A DNA stretch of 53,982 nt, filler included, from Catajapyx aquilonaris (lineage: Eukaryota), in assembly GCA_000934665.2 (NCBI GenBank). It is 3 parts of 3 records of this genome, joined end to end, with 100 filler letters (N's around TTAATTAATTAA, not from the genome) between each part and the next. Parts side by side here need not be neighbours in the genome. Positions count along the whole stretch, not along the records: positions 36,003 to 53,982 come from KZ539602.1; 2 more parts are not named here. One strand, given 5' to 3'. The translations under genes were made by a program, and so were the position numbers. Shown piece after piece: positions 38,644 through 51,115 of this stretch; within the stretch, counting starts at the first letter, position 1; each line of letters begins with the position of its first letter. The notes under the pieces were generated by a model. It did not search any database, had not been told where the DNA came from, and saw only the letters and a list, made by a program, of their open reading frames with translations.

Positions 38644-41600
38644 TTAAGCAAGAATAGCATAGATGGCCTGAAGAAATGTTTTCAGTGTGAATTAAGCTCA
38701 TAAGTAAAGTTTTTTGTCTCTACATGTTGAACATGCCTGTTGGTGGAGATTATTATTTTAATATCATCACAGCTTGCTCTTATTTCAAATTATAGTCTCA
38801 CTAGTAGGCCTTCGGCAACCAGTGAACTTCCTGAACCGAAACAAGTGCAAAATGTATGAGTGCAAATGTCGAGGCACCAATCAATAACGAGGCCAAGGGG
38901 TTATATAACCACTTTGGTACTCCGGTGTACACCTGCAGTGGTACGCCCAGGTACTCCTTTGGTACTCCTTTGTACTCCCTGGTACTCCTTGAATTTGGTA
39001 CTCTAGTGTACACTTTACAGTCGAGTGGTTAACCCCTTGAACGAGGCTGCCGATAACAAGAATCTGGGCGCGACAACGCAGGTGGGGAAAAGGCTTACAC
39101 TACTTACTTCTGTAAGCAGCACCTTGCATATGGAGGAATAAAAAATACTTTTGAGTGTAATAATTATTATTGCTGAATAGAGCACCGTTTTCCATGCTGC
39201 CAAACACTAATTTCTACTAAGCTCTAAGATATGATCATGAATCGCAATAATATTATTGTCTACCAGTAACGCTATAGTGGTAAACCATGAACATTTCTGC
39301 TATTCTTCATTGCTGTGCTGCACTACTTTTGACATAAAAGGTAATGTGAGACCATGCATGCTGTAGCCTCCAGCATATACAGCAGTGCAGGTTTTATTAA
39401 TTAGTATATAATCTAATTGGTAAGTAAAGTTAATTGACTTGAAGAGCACGTGTTGAAAGTGCCAGTTTCCTGGGCGATAATGAGCTCTGGTAAACTACAC
39501 GTGGTAAAAAAGTGGAACCTGTCATGTGATAAAACACTGCATTAGGATAATAATATTAGCCTATGTTCGGGATGAGTGCCACAAGGCATTTCCAGCAGCT
39601 ACCACTGTTGACATAAATGAAAGGAACTGATTTCATTTCTCCTTTTTAGGCAGTTATGATCTTTCCAATCAAATATCTGCGGCCTGCTTTTCATTTCACA
39701 TGCAAGTGAGAATTATTGTCAATATTATTCTTCAATTCTGGGATAGAGGAATCATGAAAGGGTGAAGCTGGAATGTTCTGTAGGATTTGGTGGGAAAAAA
39801 CTGCAAACCTTCACTACCTGCATAAATGGGCTTTAATAATGAGTAGCCTGTCATCGTGATGACAATTTTTGCCGTCAATAATTAGGATTTATATCGTCAG
39901 TGTCACGAACTTTTAATATTGCGATTCGTCCATATGACTAAATACATTTTACTGTTATTTGCAAACTGGGGATTATTTTTCACGTTCATTGTCTTATTCA
40001 TAGTTGTCATCGCAAAATAAATTACTATACCTTCTTTATGCATAATAGTGTGCACACGTCATCACTATTCTCACTATCAGGGGACATTATAAATGTTAGT
40101 GAGTATAACTTACACTAACGAAAATGGTAGTTTCTTTGATTGATTATGATTGTAGTGCAACCTTGCATTGTGTAGTACGTGTTATTGTCAGACACATGCC
40201 TATATAAAAACAAAGATCTCCAAAGTAGCAACAATGATGTCAATCTTCATTACAGTAGTGTATCCATGGGCGACCTTATTTGTGCGAATTTGTGAAATGG
40301 CTTTATACAGTATAGTAGCATTAATTCCGCTATAGTATACACAGGGGTTTGCTTTTATTGATAGACCTAACATTGCTGTCAGTTTTCGAGTTAGGCTCAA
40401 ATTCCTGGAAAATCCCACCTTGCTACTGGGACTGAAAAGATTTTTTCGTAGTATAGTCAGGTTTTATCTAGACTATATTCGAGTTCCCTATATGGGCACT
40501 TAACGATATCCTCCCACACCCTTACGCACATCAAAATAATGCATCATTCGTGCTGGTGAACACGCGCTTCTTTGCAAACCGGTTTGTTGTAGCACTGATT
40601 ATTATTGTACCAGCTTTTCAATGCCGTGTGTTTCTATTCATGATTAGGTGCACAAAGGTATTACTCCGTAATCTTCCAAGGGATTTCCTCCGACAACCCA
40701 GTGTGCATGGTAATTCTTCTGAGATTTGCCTGCTTCAAAAGTGGTAATGGTACAGAGCACGGCATTCCGAGTTACTCACTATACTTTACTGTCCTTTTAG
40801 AACCACTTCTCATCGGATGTAAGCTAATTCGCTCATGCAGCTTATTCCTTTTGTTATAATGCCTAAGTGCGTTTATTCTACGTATTTTCTACGTTGAATA
40901 CACAGCTTGAGAAAAAATATATTTCTATTCGACTCACATGATGGCGTGCGTGTCCTGATCCAGCTATCCCAGCCTTCAGACCGCGCAATGCTCAGTTCCC
41001 CCTTACTCCTTTGTTCTTGCTCCCCGCTCATTCCAGTTCTGTAGTGAGCCCTATATGCTAACCAGACATGTAGAAGGAGGCTTTCCTTTCCCTACGCAGC
41101 GTAAAGTTCTAACACAATATACTAAACTGGTCATCACTCTCTGCATGGTTTACCCTACCTCGCGATACCTCGAATGAGGTCTGCACTAAGCCACTAACTA
41201 ACGCAAAACAAAATTTTCAAAACACTTGGGCTACTTGTGGCAGTACAGCCCGAGCCTATGCAAGCCCTCCTACACAACTTTATTCACATTCACAATAGTC
41301 AACGGCAGACATCTTGCCAGTTACATATTCTGTACTTTTGTAAGTGGATGATGTACCGTACCTTCTGGATGACCTTTTGTTTGTTACCTCTCACAAATTT
41401 TTATTTACTAAACTACCCATATCATAAATGAATAATGATGTTCAGCAGATTGGAAACCTCTCACCCTTTCCCTTCCTCATCCTGACCCATACTATCAGTC
41501 TTCTTTTCGTATCCTCTTTCACGTCAGAATAGTGCATCACGTTGCAGACCCAATGAGGGAATAGGTTGTCGTACGTGTCGTGTGTCTGGTCACGAGATGT

Positions 41601-42260
41601 CTCTGATGCTGGTGCACGTGCTGGGCTCTATCTGCCGGCCAGAGAGGCAATTTTCGCCCCCTATTGTGCCCCGTGCTCCGACTCTGTTGGCCGGAATAAT
41701 ACCTCCCCAAATTAGAGTCCGGGCCAGGAGATTCGCTGAATGCCCTCGGAGCTAGTCCGAAAAGGAAGATGGCTGGGTGAAGGTGGGTAGGGGAAAAGGG
41801 GAGGGGGTGGCATTATCCGGGTGTCAAATGAGGGAGTGTGATGGCCGCACCCGGAGTCACGTGGGATGAGGCTCCTAAGGTAGGCAGTCGAGCGAAGAGG
41901 GCTCTTCAGCATCTGATATCCTTTAGACAACATCCGGCCAAATGCGGAAAGGTGATGAAGCCACTTCAAGCTGGAATGTCCTGTTTGACGGGACATGTCC
42001 CATAAATTTGGGCAGCGACACCATCAAGAGGATATAGCAGTGCATTCAGAAAATGCATCAGGGAAAGTCAGTTTAGGACCTGATGAAGTGGAGGTACAGA
42101 AACAGTCAAATATTGCATTGGAACCAATTCAAATGAACAGTATAATTTTCTAAGCATAGCCTACTGTCTTCATAAGTTTGTAACTTAAGCGTTTAGAGTC
42201 ACAATTTTGCATTAACTGACTTTGTCAATAATTCTTAACAAAAGCGGCAAGAGAGTAGTA

Positions 42261-42412
42261 CAGTTCTGGAAATATATCGAGGCAACTGCCAGCGACATTT
42301 TCCGAAGCGGCAGAAGAAGGAATCTTGCTCGCCCATGCTTGAAGTATGCTTATCTTCAATTCCTTCTTCTGCCGCTGGCGCTGGCGGTTGCCTCGATATA
42401 TGACCAGAACTG
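42261..42412. mobile_element. 152-bp TA-flanked palindromic MITE (Tc1/mariner type)
   Basis: TA|CAGTTCTGG-AATATATCGAGGCAAC...GTTGCCTCGATATAT-ACCAGAACTG|TA. Confidence 0.8.
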
Positions 42413-42647
42413 TACAGTACATTACACAGATATTGTTACATTTGGGGCTAAATTCATGCTATATTCGGCATTTTACGTAGATTCAACGTCTTGCTGACAG
42501 GGCACTGGCTTTACACTATTTAGGCACCTTGTGGTAGCATAAGCTTCACCACATCCTGGCCCGAGTCACTCTTTAAAACACAGTGTGGATTTTAGACCTT
42601 TTGGTCACAACCACACTGCAGCCCAATTGGAATGATGACTTCATCAT

Positions 42648-43143
42648 TGTAGTTCCCCCCGAATAGCAAGCGTACCGAATGAACCTGAATTTGGTGACAC
42701 ATCCTCCTTCCTAGACCACACGTCCTGTACTTGTACGTAAAGTCATGTGAATCCTGAAGGGTAATTGCCCCAGGATACTGAAGTCGTTATCTGCCGGCCT
42801 CGACTCCACAAATACTTGGTGGGTTATTAAGAATAAGGGGGAATACTCTTGGGCATTTGAGTCCAAGAGGTCGAGAGTTACGTAGTCCGAAGCCAGAAGC
42901 CAGCCTGAGGACCAGAAGCCAAAACCTGACAAGCCTGTCCTAACGATCCAGCGAGGCCAGGACCTGACGCATCCAGAGGGCACTGTCATAGTCCACCACC
43001 GAAGCCAGAGGACCTTCCTTAGAAGCTACCAGGGCACGACCAACCAGAGTGAGATGACGACGCAAGGGTGTGATCATAACCTGTCAATGTGTTTACCTGA
43101 ATAAAACGAGACTCTGTGGTTAGGATCTGTTTTCCCCGCTACA
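42648..43143 (+). mobile_element. Possible solo LTR
   Basis: TGTAG...CTACA termini, AATAAA about 40 bp before the right end, internal short direct repeats (GAAGCCAGA). No TSD seen. Confidence 0.4.
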
Positions 43144-43264
43144 CTCTCATCATCTTACAAAGATTTGAACGGTACGCAAGTTGGAACTTCTCAGGGACCT
43201 ACTTGAAAGAATAGTGGCCTAACGCCCTTAACTTGATTTAATTTAATCATGATTTGAGGAGATT

Positions 43265-43997
43265 TTGCAGAGGTGTAATGTTAAGGAGACTGTTAAAGAT
43301 AATGTGTGTAGGTCTACTCTAAGGTGGTTTGGCCATGTGGAGAGGATGAAGGAGGAGGAGATTGTGAAGAAGGTTTATTTGGGTGGAGTAGTTGGTAAGA
43401 GGCGCAAGGGGAGGCCTAGGAAGACATGGTTGGACCAGGTGGGTCAGTGTCTTAAGGGTAGTGTTGCTAGTGTTAAGCCGAGACGTTCATGTGTCAATAG
43501 GACCATGGACTTGGCTGAAGCTAAGGTTGTTTGTTTGGATAGGTGCAAATGGCGTAGGTTAATATATTAATAATCCGGGGTAGTGCTGACCTCATCAGAG
43601 GTATGTAGCACGGACCTTCATTTATTTTTGTCGTGTACATCGGAGCCTTTATACGTAACGCCCGGGCCCACGGGCAGAATGACAGGAGGGAATGTGCAAG
43701 GTGCAGTGCAATGTCTTTGGCGTAGGTTAATATATTAATGGGTAGAATATTCACGGGTTTGTGAGGAATGGCAGTGTCCATTGAATTCTTCCGAATGGCT
43801 AGAGTGTTTGCAGGTTGGTGAGAGGAGTCAGCGTCTGGAAGTTCATACTCTGGCTCTGGGTGCTGTGCAGAACTACAGGGTTGGCAAATATCTCTTGCAC
43901 AGTAATGCATAGGTTGACACCGGTAGTCATGCTTGCAAGGGTGTCTGCCTCTCTCTCTCTGTCCTGCACAGCACTTGGAGTTCGGGTGTGGATTTCC
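43265..43997 (+). mobile_element. RTE LINE 3' end (C-terminus plus 3' UTR), same family as 393-1219
   Basis: LRWFGHVERM...GKRRKGRPRKTW...DRCKWR is the typical RTE C-terminus; downstream sequence is shared with 393-693. Confidence 0.85.
43572..43717 (-). mobile_element. 5'-truncated family-1 SINE inserted at the RTE stop codon
   Basis: 22-bp TSD TGGCGTAGGTTAATATATTAAT (43550-43571, 43718-43739); similarity to 6740-6791. Confidence 0.85.
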
Positions 43998-44306
43998 GTA
44001 TGCTGGTCTTCTCGCTGGCCTGTGGGTTTTCTGGTCGTTTGGAGGAGAATATTCTAGTCACTTGGAGGAATTTAACAGTTGCTGATTCCTCTTCCAGGGG
44101 GGTGGGGGACACTTGATTTCTCAAAGTACCGCGTTGTATAGTGTAATATTTAAATTTAATATTGAGTGTTTGTCGTCTGAGATGGGCAGGGGTGGGGGAC
44201 GGGACAGGTTGTTTATAGGTTTATTTTTACAAGTTTTAATTTAGTTCATATTTTGAGTTAGCTTGTAGCTCCCGTCATCGCTGACTACCTCTTATAGGGA
44301 AATGTC

Positions 44307-44416
44307 GTGGTGGTGGTGGTGGTGGTGGTGGTGGTGGTGATGATGATGGTGGTGATGATGATGGTGGTGATGATGATGGTGGTGATGATGATGGTGGTGA
44401 TGATGATGATGATGAT
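44307..44416. repeat. Compound (TGG)n/(TGA)n microsatellite
   Basis: Direct reading; includes a 15-bp higher-order unit TGGTGGTGATGATGA. Confidence 0.95.
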
Positions 44417-44604
44417 TTGCCACTAATCTACAACAATATCTCGGTAAAAAATGACCGCCAGCAGTCAAGTTGTGTGTATGTCGCGCTAGATCTTCCTGCC
44501 ATATAGAATCCGCAAAAGAGTAGGATTTGAATAATATGTTAATTCCTGTGAGAGTGAGCATGTTGTGGGAACCTACAAATTATCTCACTAACTGACAAGA
44601 GACA

Positions 44605-45405
44605 TTTCCCGGGTGTGATGAAACTTAACTAATGCTAATACAGGACAATAATTATATGATAACTATAAATGAAATAACTTATTTCGGGCTGAGGCCCATA
44701 TTTGCAAGAGTTATGACGTCTTAAAGTGCCAAAAATAATGCATTTTCATACACAATGGGATTACATTTGCGACCACGTATAATGACATTGAAGTGTGTAA
44801 ACAGTTTTTAGATTTTTTCTCATCGGAAAGAAGTCTTATAGAACGGCTCTGTCCGTCCGTCTGTGGACAGGTATCAAGGCCTAAACCGTAAGAGATAGCG
44901 ACAAACGGTTTTCATATTCTGATTAAGCGGGACCAAAATAGGTTTCATGGTCAACTTCTGGTGACCCGCCACTTCCGGCTTTCTAAACCGCCCGGAAAGT
45001 AGACTTGTGAGGATAGAGTGAACCCGGAAAACCGGAAGTGGCGGGTCACCGGAAGTTGATCATGAAACCATATTTTGGTCACGCTTAATCCGAATATGAA
45101 ATCCGTTTGTCGCTATCTCTTACGGTTTAGGCCTTGATACCTGTCCACAGACGGACGGGCAGAGCCGTTCTATAAAACTTTTTTCCGATGAGAAAAATGT
45201 AAAAACTGTTTACACACTTCAATGTCATTATATGTGGTCGCTAATGTAATCCCATTGTGTATGAAAATGTATTATTTTTGGCACTTTAAGACGTCATAAC
45301 TTTTGCCAATATGGGCCTCAGCCCGAAATATTTCATTTTTGGCTATCATGTATTGTCCTGTATTAGCGTGTTAAGTTTCATCAAGATCCGTCATTATCAC
45401 CCGGG
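44605..45405. mobile_element. About 800-bp foldback element with DINE-1/Helentron-like GTCC microsatellite
   Basis: Arms of about 370 bp (about 44617-44983 vs 45026-45382) are reverse complements; GTCCGTCCGTCTGT / ACAGACGGACGG in each arm. Confidence 0.75.
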
Positions 45406-47719
45406 GACTGTCCATTGTGAATATGAGAGGGTTTTATTTAATTACACTGTAGGCCTTCGTGTCACTAATTTGACTGTGCACACAGCAGGTGTATATAAAA
45501 CACGATTCCGGAGATCAAGGTTTTTTGAAAATTTTGGTTCATGTGCTCAGAATTATTCTGCAAATCGTCGGGAAAATTTCCACAGTAATTGTACTTGATA
45601 TAATTAAAGATATAGTTTTACTTTTTCGATTGTTTACCGCAAACATTTGGTGGAAATATTAATTATTTTTCTTATTTTTTTGAAGAAAAAATCAGTTTAA
45701 TAATATTTATTATCAGACTTGAGGAAATCTGAACCTCAAAGAAGCTGACATGAAGTAATTTAAAGATAATGGTGCTTATTTCTTATTTTCCAATATACAT
45801 AAGTGCTAACTGCGAAGGTTCATGAATTCAAAATTCTCAGGAATCCTTTGGATAATGGTCGCTGCTTGCGCTGCGACCAAGTGCAATTAAACGGCATTAT
45901 TGCTGAGTAGAATAGTCCTAGACGAAGTGGCGTGGTCATTTGAAGATTTATTGCGCTGACTTGGTAAAAATATGCGGAGGAGTGGTCTCAGTGTGGATGG
46001 GACAAATGATATCGGTGAATTCAAGTCCTTCTCGGTGGAATGAGTAGGGGGCTGGGAGGATGGAAGGCACAATGCTATTATTCATTCATCTGCAGCTCAA
46101 AGGCTTAATTAAAGTTCGATGCTCCCGCCTCAGAAGCAATTACTTCTGCCTTTGACTTTAGTCGGACGGTTTCATCAGCAGGCGCCCAGAAGGTTTCCCA
46201 CTCAAAATTGGCACCGCTAAGATTGCTAGAGAGTTCAGAAAATCCATAGAATATACTACTGTTGTGATAACCTTCAGACACAGTATTTGTAAACAAAAAG
46301 TATTGGTTCTGTAGCCAGGACTCTTGTAACTTTCGGATTACGAGGCATATAACCACTGATGTAGAGTGCAACCGCGAAAGTAACAGGCACACCCTCATAC
46401 AACAGACGACTTTGAGCTCATTACTGATATGAAATCTTGCTAAAAATGTTGTACTAATATTATTACTAAACTATGATAGTAAATTTTTGATGATCTGTCC
46501 TACCATGTTTAAGTATGTACGGGATATCCCTATACTCTGAATCATTCATACTGTGCATACCTGCTTTAAATCACTCATTTTCCCGAGTAAAAATTCTGAA
46601 ATAAAATTCTAAGGATGTGTATAACACATGGTTGTAGTGAAGCTGATGAAAGTGATAGATGACTTTCTATACGACTGAACAACAATTTTAAATAAGAATC
46701 TCTTTATTTCCAGTACCATAATGCCAGCAGTTAAGTGTTCCTTCTTTTACAAGGTAGGATCATACACAAAGAACTAGTAGGCTATTTTATTGATTTCTTT
46801 TTAACCCCTTGAGCCCCAGCCGCCTAGAATGTATAGGCGCTGAGAATTCGACCACCAGGTACCAGCTATACCCGTCACCGCCTAGTTTTCCGCTTACTCG
46901 TGCGCTGAAGATACGAACAAGATATTTTACAAATAATAACAGCTCTACTTACCCATTCAGGGAAAACGTTATGAATGTGTTTAAAACAATTTCCCTTCCA
47001 TAGAAGTCCCTAATTTAATTTCCAAAAATATCGCTGTAAAAACTCGAAATTAGAGTACTGCCGGCCAACTGTTAGGCTGATTTAGTTATAAAATACGTTA
47101 AAATATACGGAATAACAATATTAAGAAGGGTACCAAATGGATTTGCTGAAATCGTCGTACTTTTCGAGAAACAAGTAAATTTGGGAGTAATCCGAAATGA
47201 CAGGAAAGTCGCAGAAAATAAGTATTAATTTATTTCTCGGAAAGTACAACGATTTCAACAAGGTCTTCTGGCATGGTTCTCAAGATTATTATTCCGTATA
47301 TTTTAACGTCTTTCATAATTAAATCACCCTAACAGTTGGCCGGTAGTACTCTAATTTTCATATTTTACAGCGATCTTTTTGGCAATTAAATTACGGGCTT
47401 TCAGCCAAGGAAAATTGTTTCCAATACATACCGGCGTTGTGTTGTGCATGAACGGGTAAGTATAGCCGTTACTATTTGTAAAATATCTTGCTCTTACCTT
47501 CAAAGTACTTGTAAGTTGAACAGGAATGAAAATCTAGGCGGAAATATAGCGGGTATACTGTGCAGCGCGGCGATCTTTTTGGAAATTAATTTAGGGACTT
47601 CTATGGGAGGGAAATTTGTTTTCAACACATTCATAACGTTTTCCCTGAACGGGTAAGTAGAGCTGTTAGTATTTGTAAAATATCTTGTTCGTACGAGCGT
47701 ATCTTCAGCGCACGATTAA

Positions 47720-49349
47720 GGTAGTTCTTGCGCTTGGAAACGGGGGGGAGGGGGAGGGGGGTTGAGCCTATGTTTATACATGGGGCGAGCTGGCCAATAC
47801 CAACTTCTGCGATTGTAAGACATTTCTGCTAGTACGATTTCTCTGAAACAGAGTTTTGAGTACGTGTTTCGCGTCGGATACGTTACATGAACATTTATTT
47901 GGGGATAATAATTCCCTCGTGCACTTTTGTCCCGGAGAAGAGCAGAAATATGGCTGTTCCAAATACCGGGAAAAGTGCGGGAAATCCGGCAACGTTGCAC
48001 ACGTTGGCAGCACTTATCAACAAAGTATCGATGTTTCGATGTATCGATATTTCCACCCAGCCATATATCGAGTTCTCGATAGTTATCCCAACTATTGATA
48101 TATTATATCGATATTTTAATAAAATTACAGTGATTTGAGCTTGTCAGACATCGATATTTTATAAGCAAACCATCGAAATATCGATATCAATACATTGATA
48201 GTTCCATCTCCGCCGCCGCGTTCGAACGTGCCTCCTTCGCTGGTAACTTAGGTAACTGTCTAGTCGACCAATAACTTGAGACCAGAGACCAATCTCCCAT
48301 ACACAATCATACACAATCATACAGTACCGGACCGGCGTTTCATTCAGAAACTCCACGGACAACACTTGCACTTCCCTTGTCAGTTACATGCCATTCTGAA
48401 ACCTAGGCGGCTCGGGATTTTCAAATCCCGAGCGAAGGACGCCATTACGACCGTCGCTTACAGCGTTGCCACTTCGACGCCAACTGTAGAGTCGGCTCCT
48501 CACAAAGTGAGGATTTGCGGGGGAAGGACCAAGGTGACCACTATGAAAATCGCCACTAAATATTAATCTCCCGACTTTCCCCCACATGAATATGGTTTTT
48601 TGTTAACATCTTAAAGGGACACTCCACTCAAAATGCAAGTTGGGCTCTAAAAATCGGGCAAAAAATCCTGATTCCGAAGGTGCAATCGGTTTTTTTCTAC
48701 GCGGAACAGAAAAGCCAGGACGAGGCGTTAAAGACTCAGAATTTGCGTCGTCTGCTAATGAGCTGCCCCGCCAGCCCAGTCCGCCACCGCCGTGAGCGCC
48801 GCCACCGGGCACTAGGCGAAAGTGATACAGTGCTGAAAGTCGGGTCGGGTCAAGAGGTGGCGGGATAAACCTGTGGGACGGACCAAAGATGGCGCGGACC
48901 ATGGCGTGGATCAAGATGGCGCAAGAATATCCAAATTTCTGCCCAGTCCCGGGAAGTCCCGGAGGAGGCGCTGCTGTTTTGCGCCAGATTCGAATTGCCT
49001 AACTTTGACGGCTCGCTCTGGCCTTACCGTTCGTCTCTCAGAAAAACTGCTGATACACTCGGAATCAGGATTTCTTGCCCGATTTTTAGAGCCCAACTTG
49101 CATTTTGAGTGGAGTGTCCCTTTAATATTTTTAATGAAGCTAGGGACACTTTTCTCGAGGCCCGCAGACCGACTCCCATAAGGCTCCATGCATTAGGGGC
49201 CGCCAGAAGCCCAACTTTGAAAATTAATATCTCACAAACGAGATAGACCAACCTTTTGAAACTTCACAGGAGTATGTGCGACATGCCCAGGAATGGATGG
49301 TGTGATTTTCACGAAATTGTTAATAAATGGACTTAGCGCAAGAACTACC
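47720..49349. mobile_element. Kolobok-type non-autonomous element
   Basis: TTAA|GGTAGTTCTTGCGC...GCGCAAGAACTACC|TTAA. Confidence 0.8.
48615..49121. mobile_element. Kolobok-type MITE (same TIR family as 34543-35249, different interior)
   Basis: TTAA|AGGGACACTCCACTCAAAATGCAAG...CTTGCATTTTGAGTGGAGTGTCCCT|TTAA. Confidence 0.88.
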
Positions 49350-49353
49350 TTAA

Positions 49354-49743
49354 GGGTGGGATAAAGGTCCCGGCGCTTATGGAGGTTGACATGTTAAATG
49401 TCGGGCCTAATAACTCTGTAATTACTGAACTGAATGACATGAAATTTTTGACACAACACGATACAACAACCCTTGTCATGGCTATGTTGAGCGAGACCTG
49501 TTTTAGGGATTCAGTTAATTATGAAAACCACGAAACTGAGAGGAATTTGAAGGCATGTTAGGAAACAATGTCCTGTGAAGAATAAGGACCAAATGAGCAA
49601 AATCGCTCAACATAGCCGTGACAAAGGTTGTTGTGTCGTGTTGTGACAAAAATTTCATGTCATTCTGTTCAGTAATTACGGAGTTATTAGGCCCGACATT
49701 TAACATGTCAACCTCCATAAGCGCCGGGACCTTTATCCCACCC
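49354..49743. mobile_element. Palindromic Kolobok-type MITE
   Basis: TTAA|GGGTGGGATAAAGGTCCCGGCGC...GCGCCGGGACCTTTATCCCACCC|TTAA with arms of about 140 bp. Confidence 0.88.
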
Positions 49744-50994
49744 TTAATAGGAAAAAACTAGACGATGGAGGTATAACTGGTACCTGGTGGTCTCGTTCTC
49801 AGCGCCTAGATTCTAGGCGGCTGGGGCTCAAGAGGTTAACCTGTAAAATGTTATATAAGCTCTAAATCCCCATGTATGTGTCCTGCGGGTTCTCCATTAT
49901 GATAGACCTCTACTGATGATATTGAAGACCCAAAATGCAGAACAATCAGAATCGAAATGAATTATTTTAAGATATGAGGGTTTGCAGTTTGAAGGTCTTA
50001 TTTGCCCTTATACAAGTTCCGTTAAAATTAATATGAGCTTAAACAATGACTAACTCAATTTTCAGCAAAATGTGACTATTTTACTAATATAGGAGACCTC
50101 CTATATTGGGTTCGAAAACATATAGGTCCAACAAATTAACTCCTTCCATACGTCTAATATTAAAAGCTAATGCAGTTGAATCCGGATACAACCGACTTCA
50201 AGGGACAGCGGAAATGTCATTTATAACCAAGGTCTGTTATAGCCGAATACACAGGCCATATATATGAAAGTATGCCGGGACCGGCCTTTCGAGTCTGTTA
50301 TAGCCGAGGCTGTTATATATGGATTCAACTGTATTTATCATTATCGCAAAAATCAATGTTCAATAATAGTCGCGAATCGCTACGGACAATTAAATTTCAA
50401 AGAAGTGCATATCATCACTCTTACCTTTAATTATTTCGGCGAACTGAGAATGTCTTTAGCACATTTCCATATTCGCCATGGCAGATCCTATTGGTCTCGA
50501 AAGACATTTTCGCATGATGATTAAAAATGATGGCATGAGACTTGACTCTAGGACCACCTGGAGGAGGCATTGGTGAACCAAACCCAGAAACCGAGTAGGC
50601 TATATAGAAGGTGAATGATCGCGATTTGGAGAATGGGAATCCCGCAAGGACCTCAACCCTGCTGCAACTTCGTCGTCTCATTTGTCACCCTTCCACAGCC
50701 TCTGCAGACCCATCGCTTAATTTTCTGCAATAGCGTCTGCAAATACGGAAACTCACCAGCCTGCAGCTAAAGCACCATTACTTAACGGCCGTGCAATATC
50801 ATCATCATTTCCCAACAAAAAATATTCAATTTTGGCTCATGAAATGCATGTCGGGCATGCAAGAACACACCTTTGCTTTAATAGACACAGTTTCACTTTC
50901 ACAAGTACAATAAAAACGCAACCGCGATACACACACCCGCGGTTTTGTCCGCTCCGGATACGAATTATGTCGATACGGGACTCCGTTCAAATGG

Positions 50995-51115
50995 GGCCGA
51001 GGTGTCACCGCTAACGCTTATGGTTTCACATCATGTCCGTGTAAACCGGAAAAAGGGAGATTTTCCACTGGTTGCTCGGGACACTGACGTAGTTGTGATT
51101 TTCATTGCAAAAGCC
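50995..51115 (+). mobile_element. Possible XPG/PIN-like nuclease relic of a large DNA transposon (Academ-like)
   Basis: LVARDTDVVVIFI resembles the DTDV motif; very short and degenerate. Confidence 0.3.

Larger units (their letters stand above)
46805..49835. mobile_element. piggyBac-type foldback MITE split by nested TTAA-targeting elements
   Basis: TTAA|CCCCTTGAGCCCCAGCCGCCTAGAAT...ATTCTAGGCGGCTGGGGCTCAAGAGG|TTAA; inner arms 46897-47037 vs 47567-47714. Confidence 0.85.

Noticed and set aside
38905..39010. Repeated GGTAC(T/A)CC words as a CRISPR-like array
   Set aside because: Short degenerate minisatellite-like motif without regular unique spacers; eukaryotic context, no cas genes.
42080..42107. 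CTGATGA...GAAAC-A-GTC hammerhead-like core
   Set aside because: Stems I and III cannot form and stem II is negligible.
44292..44561. Poly-His ORF
   Set aside because: Translation of a (CAC/CAT)n microsatellite.
49379..49718. Near-identical ORFs on opposite strands (also 3750..3965 / 3940..4197 and 26485..26875)
   Set aside because: By-products of palindromic MITE arms.
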